A stretch of 64,000 nucleotides of DNA, from NCBI GenBank assembly GCA_017889725.1, contig JAGGAE010000001.1, forward strand, positions 46,692 to 110,691. The letters run 5' to 3'. The notes beneath the pieces are model-generated. The model searched no databases and was not told the DNA's origin. It saw nothing but the letters and a program-made list of their open reading frames with translations. How positions within the stretch are numbered: position 1 is the first letter of the stretch; every line of letters starts with the position of its first letter. This document shows positions 37,148 through 47,351 of this stretch, one piece after another. A program made the position numbers and the translations under genes. The DNA comes from Bacillota bacterium (GTDB lineage: Bacteria; Bacillota; Negativicutes; Sporomusales; CTSoil-080).

Positions 37148-38992
37148 ATGTGCGGTATTGCCGGATGGATTGATTGGCAGGAAGATTTGACGAAAAAACA
37201 GGCTGTTCTGCAGTCGATGGTAGAGACACTCGCATTGCGGGGGCCTGATGCATCTGGGATGTATATTTGCCGACAGGCGGCACTAGGCCATCGTCGCTTG
37301 AGTGTTATTGACCCTGAGGGCGGCCAGCAGCCTATGCTTCGGCGTCGTGGGGACTTTACGTATGTAATTACTTATAATGGAGAATTGTATAATACGGCCG
37401 AGTTGCGTGACGAGTTAACAGCTCTTGGGAACGATTTTACATCGACGTCCGATACAGAGGTGCTTTTAGAGGCATTTATGGAATGGGGCCCTCAATGCGT
37501 GGACCGGCTCAACGGTATATTTGCCTTTGCGATTTGGGATGAGAGAAACCAAAGCCTGTTTTTAGCTCGGGACCGTTTAGGGGTAAAGCCCTTGTTTTAT
37601 AGACATAAGGGGAATAGCCTGATTTTTGGTTCGGAAATAAAAGCAGTGCTGGCACACCCTGACGTGGCACCAGAGGTAGATGCAGAGGGGCTGGCGGAAA
37701 TATTTATGGTGGGACCTGCTCGGACGCCGGGAAATGGTGTATTTCGAGGGGTTAATGAATTAAAGCCAGGGTATTGTGCGGTATACAACCGGCAAGGACT
37801 GAAGGTCCGGCAATACTGGTCATTGATAAGTAAGCCGCATGGCGATGATTTTTTATCCACCCTAACTAAGGTACGGGATTTGGTGCATGATGCCGTTACC
37901 CGTCAGTTGATTTCGGATGTGCCGTTGTGCACGCTGTTATCGGGAGGTTTGGATTCTAGTGTAATTACGGCTATAGCGTCAAAGATTTATAAAAAAAGCG
38001 GACGGCAACTTAATACGTATTCGGTTGAATATGTGGATAACGAGAAATATTTTTCCGAGAATAGTTTTCAGCCCAACCGGGATGCTCCTTGGGTAGAGCG
38101 GGCTTCGCGGTTTTTGGGGACTTGTCATCATGAAATTTTGCTGGATACGCCGGAATTGGCCGGAGTTTTGGAGCAGGCTGCCAGAGCCCGTGATTTGCCG
38201 GGTATGGCGGATGTGGATACATCGCTCTACCTGTTTAGCCGGGAAATTAAAAAAGGTGCTACCGTGGGGCTATCCGGTGAATGCGCTGATGAAGTTTTTG
38301 GCGGCTATCCTTGGTTTTACCGAGAGGAAATGGTCCGGTCAACCGTCTTTCCGTGGTCGACGAATCCTGAGATGCGTCTGCAATGGTTATCACCGGAACT
38401 TACTAAACATAGTTTGTTTAAGGAGTACCCCTATCAGCGGTATCAGGAGGCACTGGCGGAAGTATCCAGACTGCCGGGGGAAGCGCCGGAAGCTTCTCGG
38501 ATGAGAGAGATATTTTATTTAAGCCTTACCCGGTGGATGCCTACCCTCTTAGATCGTAAGGATCGTATGAGTATGGCTTTTGGCCTGGAACTTAGGGTTC
38601 CGTTCTGCGACCACCGTTTGGTGGAGTATGTTTGGAATGTGCCCTGGGAGATGAAAAACTATCGGCAGAGGGAAAAAGGATTACTGAGGCAGGCATTAAC
38701 TTCTCTTTTGCCCGAGGATGTTCTCTGGCGGAAAAAGAGTCCTTATCCTAAAACCCATAATCCATCCTTTTTTGATACGGTAAGAGCCAAATTATTGGAA
38801 GTACAAAATAATCCGTCTTCGCCGATATTGCCTTTGTTAGATACAAAAAAAATACGGGAGTTTACTGAAACAGATGCTGCAAAATCACCTATGCCTTGGT
38901 TCGGTCAGTTGATGGGCGGTCCGCAGCTAATGGCCTATTTGGTACAGGTGAATGCGTGGATGTGTCAAAATAAAGTGCGTATTGTGCTCTAA
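37148..38992 (+). CDS. asnB: Asparagine synthase (glutamine-hydrolysing)
   Basis: Starts MCGIAGW (N-terminal Cys nucleophile), so ATG 37148 (SD AGGAGAGGG) rather than 37049. PP-loop LLSGGLDSS. Confidence 0.9.
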   Translation: MCGIAGWIDWQEDLTKKQAVLQSMVETLALRGPDASGMYICRQAALGHRRLSVIDPEGGQQPMLRRRGDFTYVITYNGELYNTAELRDELTALGNDFTSTSDTEVLLEAFMEWGPQCVDRLNGIFAFAIWDERNQSLFLARDRLGVKPLFYRHKGNSLIFGSEIKAVLAHPDVAPEVDAEGLAEIFMVGPARTPGNGVFRGVNELKPGYCAVYNRQGLKVRQYWSLISKPHGDDFLSTLTKVRDLVHDAVTRQLISDVPLCTLLSGGLDSSVITAIASKIYKKSGRQLNTYSVEYVDNEKYFSENSFQPNRDAPWVERASRFLGTCHHEILLDTPELAGVLEQAARARDLPGMADVDTSLYLFSREIKKGATVGLSGECADEVFGGYPWFYREEMVRSTVFPWSTNPEMRLQWLSPELTKHSLFKEYPYQRYQEALAEVSRLPGEAPEASRMREIFYLSLTRWMPTLLDRKDRMSMAFGLELRVPFCDHRLVEYVWNVPWEMKNYRQREKGLLRQALTSLLPEDVLWRKKSPYPKTHNPSFFDTVRAKLLEVQNNPSSPILPLLDTKKIREFTETDAAKSPMPWFGQLMGGPQLMAYLVQVNAWMCQNKVRIVL

Positions 38993-39181
38993 AGGGCCAG
39001 GAAGGAAGCAAGCCCAGTAATTGACAGGAGGCAGGAGCCTTGATAAGATAACATTGATAATGTGGATATTGCGGTTTGGAATGTCTCCAGCAAGTCAGCC
39101 AAGCGAGGGTGAGGCTTGCTGGTTTTTTGCCATAAAGACAGTGGGACTATTTTTCTTGAACCTAAGAGAGAGGTGACAGGA

Positions 39182-40774
39182 GTGCGTGCTGTTGTGTTAA
39201 GAGGCGGGTCGGTGGTAGACGGAACCGGAAACAACCCGCCTTATGAGGCCGATGTGGCAATCTGTGACGGTATTATTACCGCGGTGGAACCGCATATTGC
39301 GGGTGGGGATTGTACGGTGGATGTTACCGGCTTACTGATAAGTCCTGGTTTTATTGATATACATTCGCATGCGGATTGCAGCTTTTTTCGTAATCCACTT
39401 TCCGACAGTAAGTTGATGCAGGGTGTGACAACGGAGGTTGTAGGCAATTGTGGTATTGGTTTGTTTCCGGTTAGCCCTGGCAGGGAGGAACTATTTGAAC
39501 GTTATGTAGTATTACATGAGACAAGTCTACCGCCGTCAGGAATTACTTGGCGTGATTTTTCCCAGTATGCCGAAACACTAACTAAATACGGAATGGGAGT
39601 CAACTTTGCCGTGCTGGCAGCCCATGGCTCCTTACGGTTGGCTGCAATGGGGATGGATGACCGGCAGCCTGATGAAGGGGAACTTCAGAGAATAAAAGTA
39701 TTGCTCGAGGAAGCCCTGAAACAGGGGGCCTGGGGGATGTCGCTGGGACTGATCTATCCTCCAGGAAGTTTTGCCGATACGGATGAACTTATTGCGCTGG
39801 CGGGTGTGGTAGAGAAATACCAAGGCGTGGTCGCCGCTCATATCCGTAATGAAGGAAATGGGCTGAGAGAGGCTATGGAGGAATGTATTAGGATTGGTAA
39901 AACAAGTGGTGTAAGAATGCAAGTATCGCATCTCAAAGCCATTGGGAAGGCAAATTGGGGGCGGGGGGACGAAGCACTGGCGGTATTGGTAAAAGCCCGC
40001 CGGGAAGGGGTGGATATTTGTGCCGACCAGTATCCATATGAGGCTACCAGTACCTCGCTAACCGCTATTGTTCCGCAGTGGGCGCTGGAAGGGGGGCCGG
40101 AAGTTTTCTTGCAGAGATTGAGCCAGTCTCAAACCAGGGAGACGATCAAAAGTGAAATTATTCGGCAAATGGCTTTAAGGGGAGGCCCGGAGCGTATTAT
40201 GCTTACCGTTGTTGGAACTTCCGGTGAAAGTACATTGTCGGGTAAGACGGTAGCCCAAATCGCTGACAGCTGGGCATGTAGTGCGGAGGAAGCCGTTGCT
40301 CGAATCTTGCTTAGGGGGCGTGCTGTCGTCAGTGCCGTGTTTTTTTCTTTGGCAGAAGGTGATGTCGCAGTAATCGCCGCTGATAAAATGGTAGCGGTGG
40401 GATCGGATGGCTTTGGTTTGAGTGTGAACGTTGATGGCAAGTTAGCAACCCACCCGCGTTCTTACGGAACTTTCCCACGGTTTTTGGCCCAATATGTGCG
40501 TAAGAAGCCCGTATTGAATTGGCAAGAGGCGATATATAAGATGACGGGTTTGCCTGCATCCAGGATGGGATTTACTGACAGAGGGGTAGTAAAACCAGGA
40601 ATGGCTGCGGATATAACTGTATTTTCACCTGATGAGATTATTGACAAGTCCGGGTATGTGGATTGCCACAATTATTCTTATGGTATTGAGTATGTATTTG
40701 TTAACGGAACGGCTGGGGTATGGCAGGGGAAACTCACGGGAAACAGGCCGGGGCTGGTACTCAAGCGAAGATAG
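39182..40774 (+). CDS. N-acyl-D-amino-acid deacylase (D-aminoacylase) family amidohydrolase
   Basis: RGGSVVDGTGN ... ADVAICDGIITAV ... SPGFIDIHSHAD and the C-terminal AADITVF motif. GTG start at 39182. Confidence 0.8.
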   Translation: MRAVVLRGGSVVDGTGNNPPYEADVAICDGIITAVEPHIAGGDCTVDVTGLLISPGFIDIHSHADCSFFRNPLSDSKLMQGVTTEVVGNCGIGLFPVSPGREELFERYVVLHETSLPPSGITWRDFSQYAETLTKYGMGVNFAVLAAHGSLRLAAMGMDDRQPDEGELQRIKVLLEEALKQGAWGMSLGLIYPPGSFADTDELIALAGVVEKYQGVVAAHIRNEGNGLREAMEECIRIGKTSGVRMQVSHLKAIGKANWGRGDEALAVLVKARREGVDICADQYPYEATSTSLTAIVPQWALEGGPEVFLQRLSQSQTRETIKSEIIRQMALRGGPERIMLTVVGTSGESTLSGKTVAQIADSWACSAEEAVARILLRGRAVVSAVFFSLAEGDVAVIAADKMVAVGSDGFGLSVNVDGKLATHPRSYGTFPRFLAQYVRKKPVLNWQEAIYKMTGLPASRMGFTDRGVVKPGMAADITVFSPDEIIDKSGYVDCHNYSYGIEYVFVNGTAGVWQGKLTGNRPGLVLKRR

Positions 40775-40806
40775 TAAAACATACATAGCGTTAGGGGGAG
40801 GCAACT

Positions 40807-41292
40807 TTGTATTTGATACTGGTAAGACATGCGAAAGCGGAAATAACTCCGCCTTGGATTAAAGATGAGGAGCGGAAACTCACCCCTAAGGGGATAAAAA
40901 AAGCCCAGGCTATGGCCCGGGGAGTGGCTAAATTGTTGCCAATTGACGTTGGCTTGGAAATATGGTCCAGTCACGCTCGGAGGGCAAAGGAAACGGCAGA
41001 AATTATAGGTGAGGTATTAGGCTTAGAAGGCGTCAATGAAATTCCGGCTATTTATACGGGACGACTGGAAGAAATTATGGAAAAGTTTCGGCAGACCAGT
41101 GAAAATACTGTGGTAATTGCTGTCGGCCATCAGCCTCATCTCGGTGTATGGGTCAGACAGCTTGCGGGAGTTACTTTGCCGTTCAAGAAGTGTGCTGCAG
41201 CCGGATTTAAACTGAGCTTTACAGAGGAAGAAGTATCCGCTAAACTGGAGTGGTTTGCCGGTCCAAAGGTACTTTGGAAACTGGGAGAATAG
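40807..41292 (+). CDS. sixA: Histidine phosphatase, SixA-like
   Basis: 161 aa. LILVRHAKAE (RHG-type motif) and VVIAVGHQPHL. TTG start with a GGGGGAGG SD. Confidence 0.7.
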   Translation: MYLILVRHAKAEITPPWIKDEERKLTPKGIKKAQAMARGVAKLLPIDVGLEIWSSHARRAKETAEIIGEVLGLEGVNEIPAIYTGRLEEIMEKFRQTSENTVVIAVGHQPHLGVWVRQLAGVTLPFKKCAAAGFKLSFTEEEVSAKLEWFAGPKVLWKLGE

Positions 41293-41314
41293 GTTAGTAG
41301 GGAGGGGTCGTTAC

Positions 41315-42853
41315 ATGCCGGATAAAGAATGTCTTGAAGTAGAATTAAAACTTCGCCTTCTAAATATGGAGGACAGGGACAGTATCTTTACCGCACCGGG
41401 AATTGTCGGGCTGAATGCTCCTGAACCTGTTATGGAGCTGATGCATAGTACATACTTTGATTCGGCCGGTGGCGCATTACAAAAGGCCGGACTGGCATAT
41501 CGTCTGCGGTCCGAAGGAGGGCGCTGGATTGCAACTGTAAAAGGCGGCGGCTCTTCCGGAGGTGGTTTGCACGAACGGCAAGAGTGGAACGTCCCAATAG
41601 CCAGTGATCGGCCGTCGATAGAGTATTTTGAGGGAACACCTGTGGGGCCATTGCTGCAAGAAGCTCTTGATGGCAGTCAGCTTGAAGCTATACTGGAAAC
41701 GGTATTTGAGAGGCGAAAAGCCGTTCTGACCACGTTCGATGGCAGCCGGATTGAGGTAGCCGTTGATATAGGGAAGATTATTGCAGGACAGTCGGAGGAG
41801 ACTATTGGTGAAGTAGAACTGGAATTAAAAGAGGGGAATCCGGCGGCCGTGTTGACCTTGGGGGCTGACTTGGCGGCGTGGATACCGTTGGCGGTTGAAC
41901 CGCGCAGCAAATATTATCGGGGACTATGCCTGGCAGGTGTAACCGCAAAGGCAGAAATTGAACCTGCGGTAGATATGTCGGCCAATGCCGCCAAAGGTAT
42001 GTGTCAATTATGCATTAATCAAATACATAGGATTCTAAATGAACAGGGAGAATTCTGTAGTCGTCCGACTGGAGTCGGAGAAATACACAAACTAAGGTTA
42101 GAACTTAGGCGGCTCGGAGCTATGCTATCCTTGGCCCAGCCCATGGCAGCGGCTGCAGATTACAGTGCTTGGCAGGAGGTTCTTAGCAGTTGGAGTCAAG
42201 ATTTCGCGCGGCTAAGGGAGTTGGAACTAGCGAATGATTTATGGGGGAAGTCTATACAAGGGGTCGAGTTAGTTCCACCGCCTTGGCTAGGACTATTCCT
42301 CGAAAAGGAAAGGGAAAAGTTAGCCCAGGAAGCAGTAGATTCTCTTAGGACAGGGGCGCTGACCGCTACTTTGTTACGCTTATGGGCTTGGCTGCTGGAA
42401 GATCCTTTTCCGCAGGCTGATGAAGTGCATCTAAGAGAGTTTGCCGCAGTACGCTTTTTCGAGTGGATAGACAAGTTGTGGAACATGGATAAAGAAATTG
42501 AGGTTAATGACAGGGAGAAGCTTTCCGCTATTCGTTTGCAAAGTAAGAGTTTGCGCTATCTTTTTGAAGTGCTGCCGTTTGAGGATGCCAGTACTAAACT
42601 ACTGAAACTTCGCCTCAAACGGTTGCAGAAGCAATTGGAGGTATTGAGAAATTCCGAAAAAGGTCAGCAGTTTTTTAAAGAGTGGATGAGCATGCACGGA
42701 AGTCGCATTGTATGCCGCGATGTGGGGTTTGTTTCAGGCTGGCTAGAGAGAGACGCAAGGAAAGCAAGAAATAGTGTGGAAAAAGTATGGAAAAGCTATC
42801 GCCGGGCGATGAAGCGCTGGCGGGCTAACGCCCAAAGGAAGCCGGTAGGTTGA
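41315..42853 (+). CDS. CYTH domain - CHAD domain protein (triphosphate tunnel metalloenzyme family)
   Basis: N-terminal EVELKLRL (ExExK), later EVELELKEG, then a C-terminal helical CHAD-like region. The ATG at 41315 has a GGGAGGGG SD. Confidence 0.8.
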   Translation: MPDKECLEVELKLRLLNMEDRDSIFTAPGIVGLNAPEPVMELMHSTYFDSAGGALQKAGLAYRLRSEGGRWIATVKGGGSSGGGLHERQEWNVPIASDRPSIEYFEGTPVGPLLQEALDGSQLEAILETVFERRKAVLTTFDGSRIEVAVDIGKIIAGQSEETIGEVELELKEGNPAAVLTLGADLAAWIPLAVEPRSKYYRGLCLAGVTAKAEIEPAVDMSANAAKGMCQLCINQIHRILNEQGEFCSRPTGVGEIHKLRLELRRLGAMLSLAQPMAAAADYSAWQEVLSSWSQDFARLRELELANDLWGKSIQGVELVPPPWLGLFLEKEREKLAQEAVDSLRTGALTATLLRLWAWLLEDPFPQADEVHLREFAAVRFFEWIDKLWNMDKEIEVNDREKLSAIRLQSKSLRYLFEVLPFEDASTKLLKLRLKRLQKQLEVLRNSEKGQQFFKEWMSMHGSRIVCRDVGFVSGWLERDARKARNSVEKVWKSYRRAMKRWRANAQRKPVG

Positions 42854-42874
42854 CTTTTTGTTATGGATGGATTC

Positions 42875-42915
42875 GGGGTTACTAGTAGAAGGCTGGTAAC
42901 TCCTTTTTATTTTTG
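42875..42915. terminator. Bidirectional terminator between CYTH-CHAD and the C-N hydrolase
   Basis: Stem ggggttact / ggtaactcc followed by tttttatttttg. Confidence 0.5.
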
Positions 42916-42925
42916 AGAATTTTTA

Positions 42926-43708
42926 TTAAATGTAGTATTCAGGGCGGCGGTCGGCGTACATGGATATTTTTTGCCTTACGTCAGCTATTAGGGAAAAATC
43001 GAGTTCCGTAAAGACTATTTCTTCTTGTGTAGAAGAGCCTTGGACAAGAATTTCGCCCCAAGGGGTGACGACAAGAGAATTGCCGAAAAAATTAATATTA
43101 CCGTATTTGCCAACGGTGTTGACGGCGATAACGAAGCACTGGTTTTCTATGGCCCTGGCTATATTGAGAGTTAGCCAATGCTGTCCGCGAGTTTCGGGCC
43201 ATGCCGCGGGTACGAAGAGGGCAGGGCAACCGGATAAGGCCAAGGAACGGGTAAGTTCAGGAAAACGCAGGTCGTAACAAATTATCAGACCGGCTTTGCC
43301 AAAACTCATTTCGGCAAGGCCTTTGCTATTTCCGGGTGAAAAGTAGTTTTGTTCTGAGGTTAGACTAAAAAGATGGATTTTCCGGTATTTGCCGCCGAGG
43401 GAGCCATCCCGGCGAATCGCATAGGTGGTGTTGTACACAGTGGATCCGGCTAATTCCGCGATTGACCCGGCGATGATTTCCACTTGATGTGCTGTGGCAA
43501 ACTGTCTAAGTTTTGTCAATGTGGGGCCGTCTTGGGGTTCGGCAAGCCGGCTGACGGTTTTTAATCGGTAGCCGGTGGTCCATAGCTCAGGTAATACACA
43601 GAGTTCTGCCCCTTGCTGGACGGCTTTGGTCATAAGAGATAGGGCGTAATCTACGGTAGATGCTACATCTCCTGCCGGGGCAGCCAATTGGACAAGTGCG
43701 ATTTTCAT
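42926..43708 (-). CDS. Carbon-nitrogen hydrolase (nitrilase superfamily, omega-amidase-like)
   Basis: MKIALVQL, catalytic Glu in LPELW, Lys in YRKIHLF, Cys in LIICYDLRFPE. Confidence 0.85.
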   Translation of the reverse strand: MKIALVQLAAPAGDVASTVDYALSLMTKAVQQGAELCVLPELWTTGYRLKTVSRLAEPQDGPTLTKLRQFATAHQVEIIAGSIAELAGSTVYNTTYAIRRDGSLGGKYRKIHLFSLTSEQNYFSPGNSKGLAEMSFGKAGLIICYDLRFPELTRSLALSGCPALFVPAAWPETRGQHWLTLNIARAIENQCFVIAVNTVGKYGNINFFGNSLVVTPWGEILVQGSSTQEEIVFTELDFSLIADVRQKISMYADRRPEYYI

Positions 43709-43912
43709 TTTGTTCCTCCTAAAGAAGTAAGAAAGTATCCTATTAATTACCTATATTACAAATAGTTTTCCGTTCCAAGGAGATTATCCTTTACTAGGAA
43801 TTAAAGTATTTTATATCCAATTACTTACAGGGTGGAGGAAATCTGCAATATTCGACGAATAAATACAAAGTAATTCTCGAATAGACATAATATAACTGTT
43901 AGGGGCTAAGAT

Positions 43913-45103
43913 ATGGTTGCAAAAAGAAATCAACAAAGTGTTAGTATAGTACAAGCCCAGGCAGAGCGCCGGGAGGAATATGAAAAAGAACGCGCCAGGC
44001 GGCAGCGTGAAGATAATTTATTGGCGGAGCAAGAAAAAAGACTAGAAGCTTTAAGTTTTTTTACATATCAGCCGATAAATTATGAGGCGGCACTAACCAA
44101 ACAGACATATAGTGAGCCGGAAATTCCTGATTTTAGTTACTTATTAACACAGGCGGAGCAGAAAGTTACGCAGCAATATAAAAAAACTTTTATTTTACAA
44201 GGAGGCATAGCTGCTGCCTTCGGGTTATTATCTCTTATATTTTTAAAATCTGTTTTTATAATTGTCGGTGTGGCGGGAATGGCAGCCTGTGCCATTTCTA
44301 TCAATCGGGATTTGAAGAGTAAACAGATTAGCTTGGAGAAAGCGATTGCTGCGGCAGAAAGTTTGATTGTTCAAAAAGAAGAAGCCGCACGGGAGAGTAT
44401 TGAACAAGAACGGACCGTCTTTGTTCAGTCAGAACAAGAGCGTGTCGAAAAACTACAGAGATTTTTGGAAGGCGACATTTCTTTAGAAGTAGAACGGATA
44501 GAAACCGTTTTGCAAGAAACAGGAGTACCTTTTTCAATAATTACCGCTGTATATTATCAAAAACAGTGTCCTGTTGTAATTGTGTCGCTGCCCGATTTGA
44601 AGATTATCCCCAAGTTTACGAACGCTATTGTCGAGGGTAGCACCGTCCGTGAAGAAAAGCCCAAAGCGGAAATTAACCGGCAGTATACGGAAGTGCTTGC
44701 GGCAACGGTGTTTAGAATTGCGGTTCTATTATATGAAAATCTCCCCAACCTGGACAATTTGTGCATCCAAGGCGTAGAAAAGGTTGATGAAGAAGAAAAA
44801 AATGACGAGTTGGCAGAACTCAAATGCCTTATCAGTCTCAAAACAAATCGTCAAACGGTTTTGGATGCTGTTGCATGTTCTAACGGGAGGGAGGCGCTTA
44901 CCTTTTTAGGAGCAACCCACTATGCCGAGGAAGCGGGGCTGTTCGAGCCGGTTGAACCGGTATTTCCTGAATGGTGGAATCAAATCCCGCATGCGTTGAT
45001 ACAGAAAGTGACGGTTGCCTATGAATACGGGGAGGTTACGAGCAAACCTATTGAAGCGGTGGCAGGTGAATCCGAAGAAAGTTCCCCCGAGGAACTCGTT
45101 TAG
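43913..45103 (+). CDS. Hypothetical membrane protein (charged coiled-coil N-terminus, 2 TM, about 250-aa C-terminal domain of unknown function)
   Basis: A 396-aa ORF. ERREEYEKERARRQRED... then GGIAAAFGLLSLIFLKSVFIIVGVAGMAACAISI. No recognisable catalytic motif. Confidence 0.6.
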   Translation: MVAKRNQQSVSIVQAQAERREEYEKERARRQREDNLLAEQEKRLEALSFFTYQPINYEAALTKQTYSEPEIPDFSYLLTQAEQKVTQQYKKTFILQGGIAAAFGLLSLIFLKSVFIIVGVAGMAACAISINRDLKSKQISLEKAIAAAESLIVQKEEAARESIEQERTVFVQSEQERVEKLQRFLEGDISLEVERIETVLQETGVPFSIITAVYYQKQCPVVIVSLPDLKIIPKFTNAIVEGSTVREEKPKAEINRQYTEVLAATVFRIAVLLYENLPNLDNLCIQGVEKVDEEEKNDELAELKCLISLKTNRQTVLDAVACSNGREALTFLGATHYAEEAGLFEPVEPVFPEWWNQIPHALIQKVTVAYEYGEVTSKPIEAVAGESEESSPEELV

Positions 45104-45247
45104 ACGGGTAATATAACCAAGATAAAAATATTGAAGTATTTTGTCGAATTGATTATTATATAATTATATAATGCAATTATTATTAAGTTCTTATGGTAAA
45201 TGGATAATATTCTTAATAATAGTGATTATGGGACAGGGGGACTACTT

Positions 45248-46042
45248 TTGGAGCTTTCAACAGTTATTGGTGTAATAGGCGGAATTTTAGCAGTTGGTGT
45301 AGGGATGGTTTTGAAAGGGGCAAAGCTCTCTGCACTAATTAACCCCGCAGCTTTTTTGATTATTATTGCGGGGACGGCAGCTTGTATTTTTAATGCTTTT
45401 CCTTTAGACCATATTAAGAAGTTGCCTAAATTGTTTGCACTACTATTTAAAAAACCTCAGCGCATGCCCAAAAGTGAATTGTTAACTTTGTTTACCAATC
45501 TTTCACAGCTGGCAAGACGAGAAGGACTGTTGGCCTTGGAGCCAACGCTGGAAGAAATCCAAGATGCGTATCTTAAAAATGGGCTATCCATGGTTATTGA
45601 CGGTATGGACGCGGATTTGATTGCCGATGTGCTTGGACTGGATATTGCGCAAATGGAAGCAAGGCATCGGGCTGGTGCCCAGATTTTTAGCCAGGCTGGT
45701 TCTTATGCGCCGACTCTTGGGGTATTGGGTGCCGTGGTTGGACTTATAGCCGCACTCGGAAATTTGAATGATATTGAAAAATTAGGTCACTCTATTGCCG
45801 CGGCCTTTGTGGCTACTATGTTGGGGATATTTACAGGGTATGTTATTTGGAATCCTTTTGCTAATAAACTTAAGATGATTTCGCAGGAAGAAGCTGAATT
45901 TCGCCGGATGATGCTGGAAGGAATCCTATCCATTCAGGCAGGAGATAATCCGGCAACCGTTGCGGCTAAACTTAGAGTGTTTGTTAATCAGGCGGAACGG
46001 GAAAAGCTTGATGGAGACAAAGAGGGATCAGGCAATGTCTAG
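45248..46042 (+). CDS. motA: Flagellar-type stator protein MotA
   Basis: LELSTVIGVIGGILAVGVGMVLKG..., YAPTLGVLGAVVGLI, GYVIWNPFANKLK (conserved prolines). The TTG at 45248 has a GGGGGA SD; the ORF track opens at 45200. Confidence 0.85.
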   Translation: MELSTVIGVIGGILAVGVGMVLKGAKLSALINPAAFLIIIAGTAACIFNAFPLDHIKKLPKLFALLFKKPQRMPKSELLTLFTNLSQLARREGLLALEPTLEEIQDAYLKNGLSMVIDGMDADLIADVLGLDIAQMEARHRAGAQIFSQAGSYAPTLGVLGAVVGLIAALGNLNDIEKLGHSIAAAFVATMLGIFTGYVIWNPFANKLKMISQEEAEFRRMMLEGILSIQAGDNPATVAAKLRVFVNQAEREKLDGDKEGSGNV

Positions 46043-46763
46043 GAAAAGGCATACTTCCGAACATCACGAAGAGCATATAGATGAAACGTGGCTTATTCCC
46101 TATGCTGATATTTTAACTCTTTTGCTGGCGTTGTTTATAGTGCTGTTTGCGGTCTCTCAGGTTGATCAGAAAAAGTTTGAACAAATGTCTCAGTCATTCA
46201 ATGTTGCTTTTAATGGAAGCCCGTCCATGCTTGAATATATGCAGCAATCCCCTGAGGCTACACAATCGACAAATTCGCCCAGTAAGCAAATGCCACAAAA
46301 TGCGGATGTCAGTTGGCAGCGGGAAACGGCGCAGCTGTCCCAGGCTAAGAAGACTATGGATAAATACATAGAAGATAATAAACTTAGCGGGGCCTTAGAA
46401 ACGGCACTTTTAGACGACGGGTTAATGATACGGATAAAAGACAGCGCATTATTCGATTCAGGCAGTGCCGAAATGTTGCCGCAGTCGCAGATCGTCGCGG
46501 CGCAAATTGCAAAACTGCTTGTACCTTTGCCCCAGCGGATAGTCGTAAGCGGTCATACCGACAATGTGCCAATTAAAACCAGAGAATTTCCTACCAACTG
46601 GGACTTAAGTTCCAAGCGGGCGTTGAATTTTATGAAATCGATTGCGCAGAACACTTCGGAGGAAGGGCGCGCTTTAAACCGCCGTGTGGAAATAATGATT
46701 CTGCGCGATACAAAAAAGAGTAATGAGTCACAACAACAGGTATTATCGCAAGAAAAGGGTTGA
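46035..46763 (+). CDS. motB: Stator protein MotB with a shortened OmpA-like domain
   Basis: WLIPYADILTLLLALFIVLFAV (channel Asp), GHTDNVPI, WDLSSKRA, NRRVEI. The ATG at 46035 overlaps the motA stop by 8 nt. Confidence 0.8.
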   Translation: MSRKRHTSEHHEEHIDETWLIPYADILTLLLALFIVLFAVSQVDQKKFEQMSQSFNVAFNGSPSMLEYMQQSPEATQSTNSPSKQMPQNADVSWQRETAQLSQAKKTMDKYIEDNKLSGALETALLDDGLMIRIKDSALFDSGSAEMLPQSQIVAAQIAKLLVPLPQRIVVSGHTDNVPIKTREFPTNWDLSSKRALNFMKSIAQNTSEEGRALNRRVEIMILRDTKKSNESQQQVLSQEKG

Positions 46764-46767
46764 CCTA

Positions 46768-47241
46768 ATGTATTTTGGTTTCCATTCTCGCCGGAAGGTG
46801 GTAAAATATGTGTGGAAGCTGATTGCAATCGTTGTTATCTTTGTGGCGTTACCATCCGCTGTACAGGCGGGGGCGGTTACGACAGGACGGATTGATTGGG
46901 TTGAAATCCCGAAGGCCACAACCCCAGAAGTTCATGCTCCTCAGGGGAGAACGTTCAGCAGGGAGGAGTGGCCGGTTGTAACGGTGCCGGATTTTGGCGT
47001 TGTAAAAGCCGCTGGTGGAAAGATGGCATTTACTCGTCCGTTTCTTAGGCCAATCAAGTTTGCCTCAGGGTATGCTTATTCCATTAAACGGGTCTCCATT
47101 GAGCGGAGGCTGACGCCAACGGTTAGCTATACTCCGGGAGAAGGGCTGATTGTTAAGTTAAGGCCTCAGGAAAGTCTGCTATTTCAGCGCAGTTCTGATT
47201 ACTTGGGTGACTGTCAGGTTTTTTGGAAAAAAACATATTAA
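46768..47241 (+). CDS. Hypothetical secreted protein
   Basis: Signal peptide WKLIAIVVIFVALPSAVQA. The ATG is 5 nt after the motB stop. No known motif. Confidence 0.55.
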   Translation: MYFGFHSRRKVVKYVWKLIAIVVIFVALPSAVQAGAVTTGRIDWVEIPKATTPEVHAPQGRTFSREEWPVVTVPDFGVVKAAGGKMAFTRPFLRPIKFASGYAYSIKRVSIERRLTPTVSYTPGEGLIVKLRPQESLLFQRSSDYLGDCQVFWKKTY

Positions 47242-47351
47242 TGTATTTAGGCTATGATAAGCCCGGGCGTTTTCCATATAGGAGGCATCCGGGCCTACTA
47301 GTATCAAGAGTGACAGGTATAAATCCTTATTATAGGATTGAAGGTGAATAA

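Noticed and set aside
45125-45165. A possible sigma-D/sigma-28 promoter (TAAA ... TCGAAT) upstream of motA.
   Set aside because: The spacer is about 17 nt rather than 14-16, and the -10 matches only 4 of 8 positions of GCCGATAT. This is not supportable by eye.
45200-46763. motA/motB as ZorA/ZorB of a Zorya-type anti-phage system.
   Set aside because: MotA here is about 265 aa with no long C-terminal tail, whereas ZorA is much larger. No ZorC/D/E-like nuclease or helicase gene is adjacent. The sequences match flagellar stator motifs.
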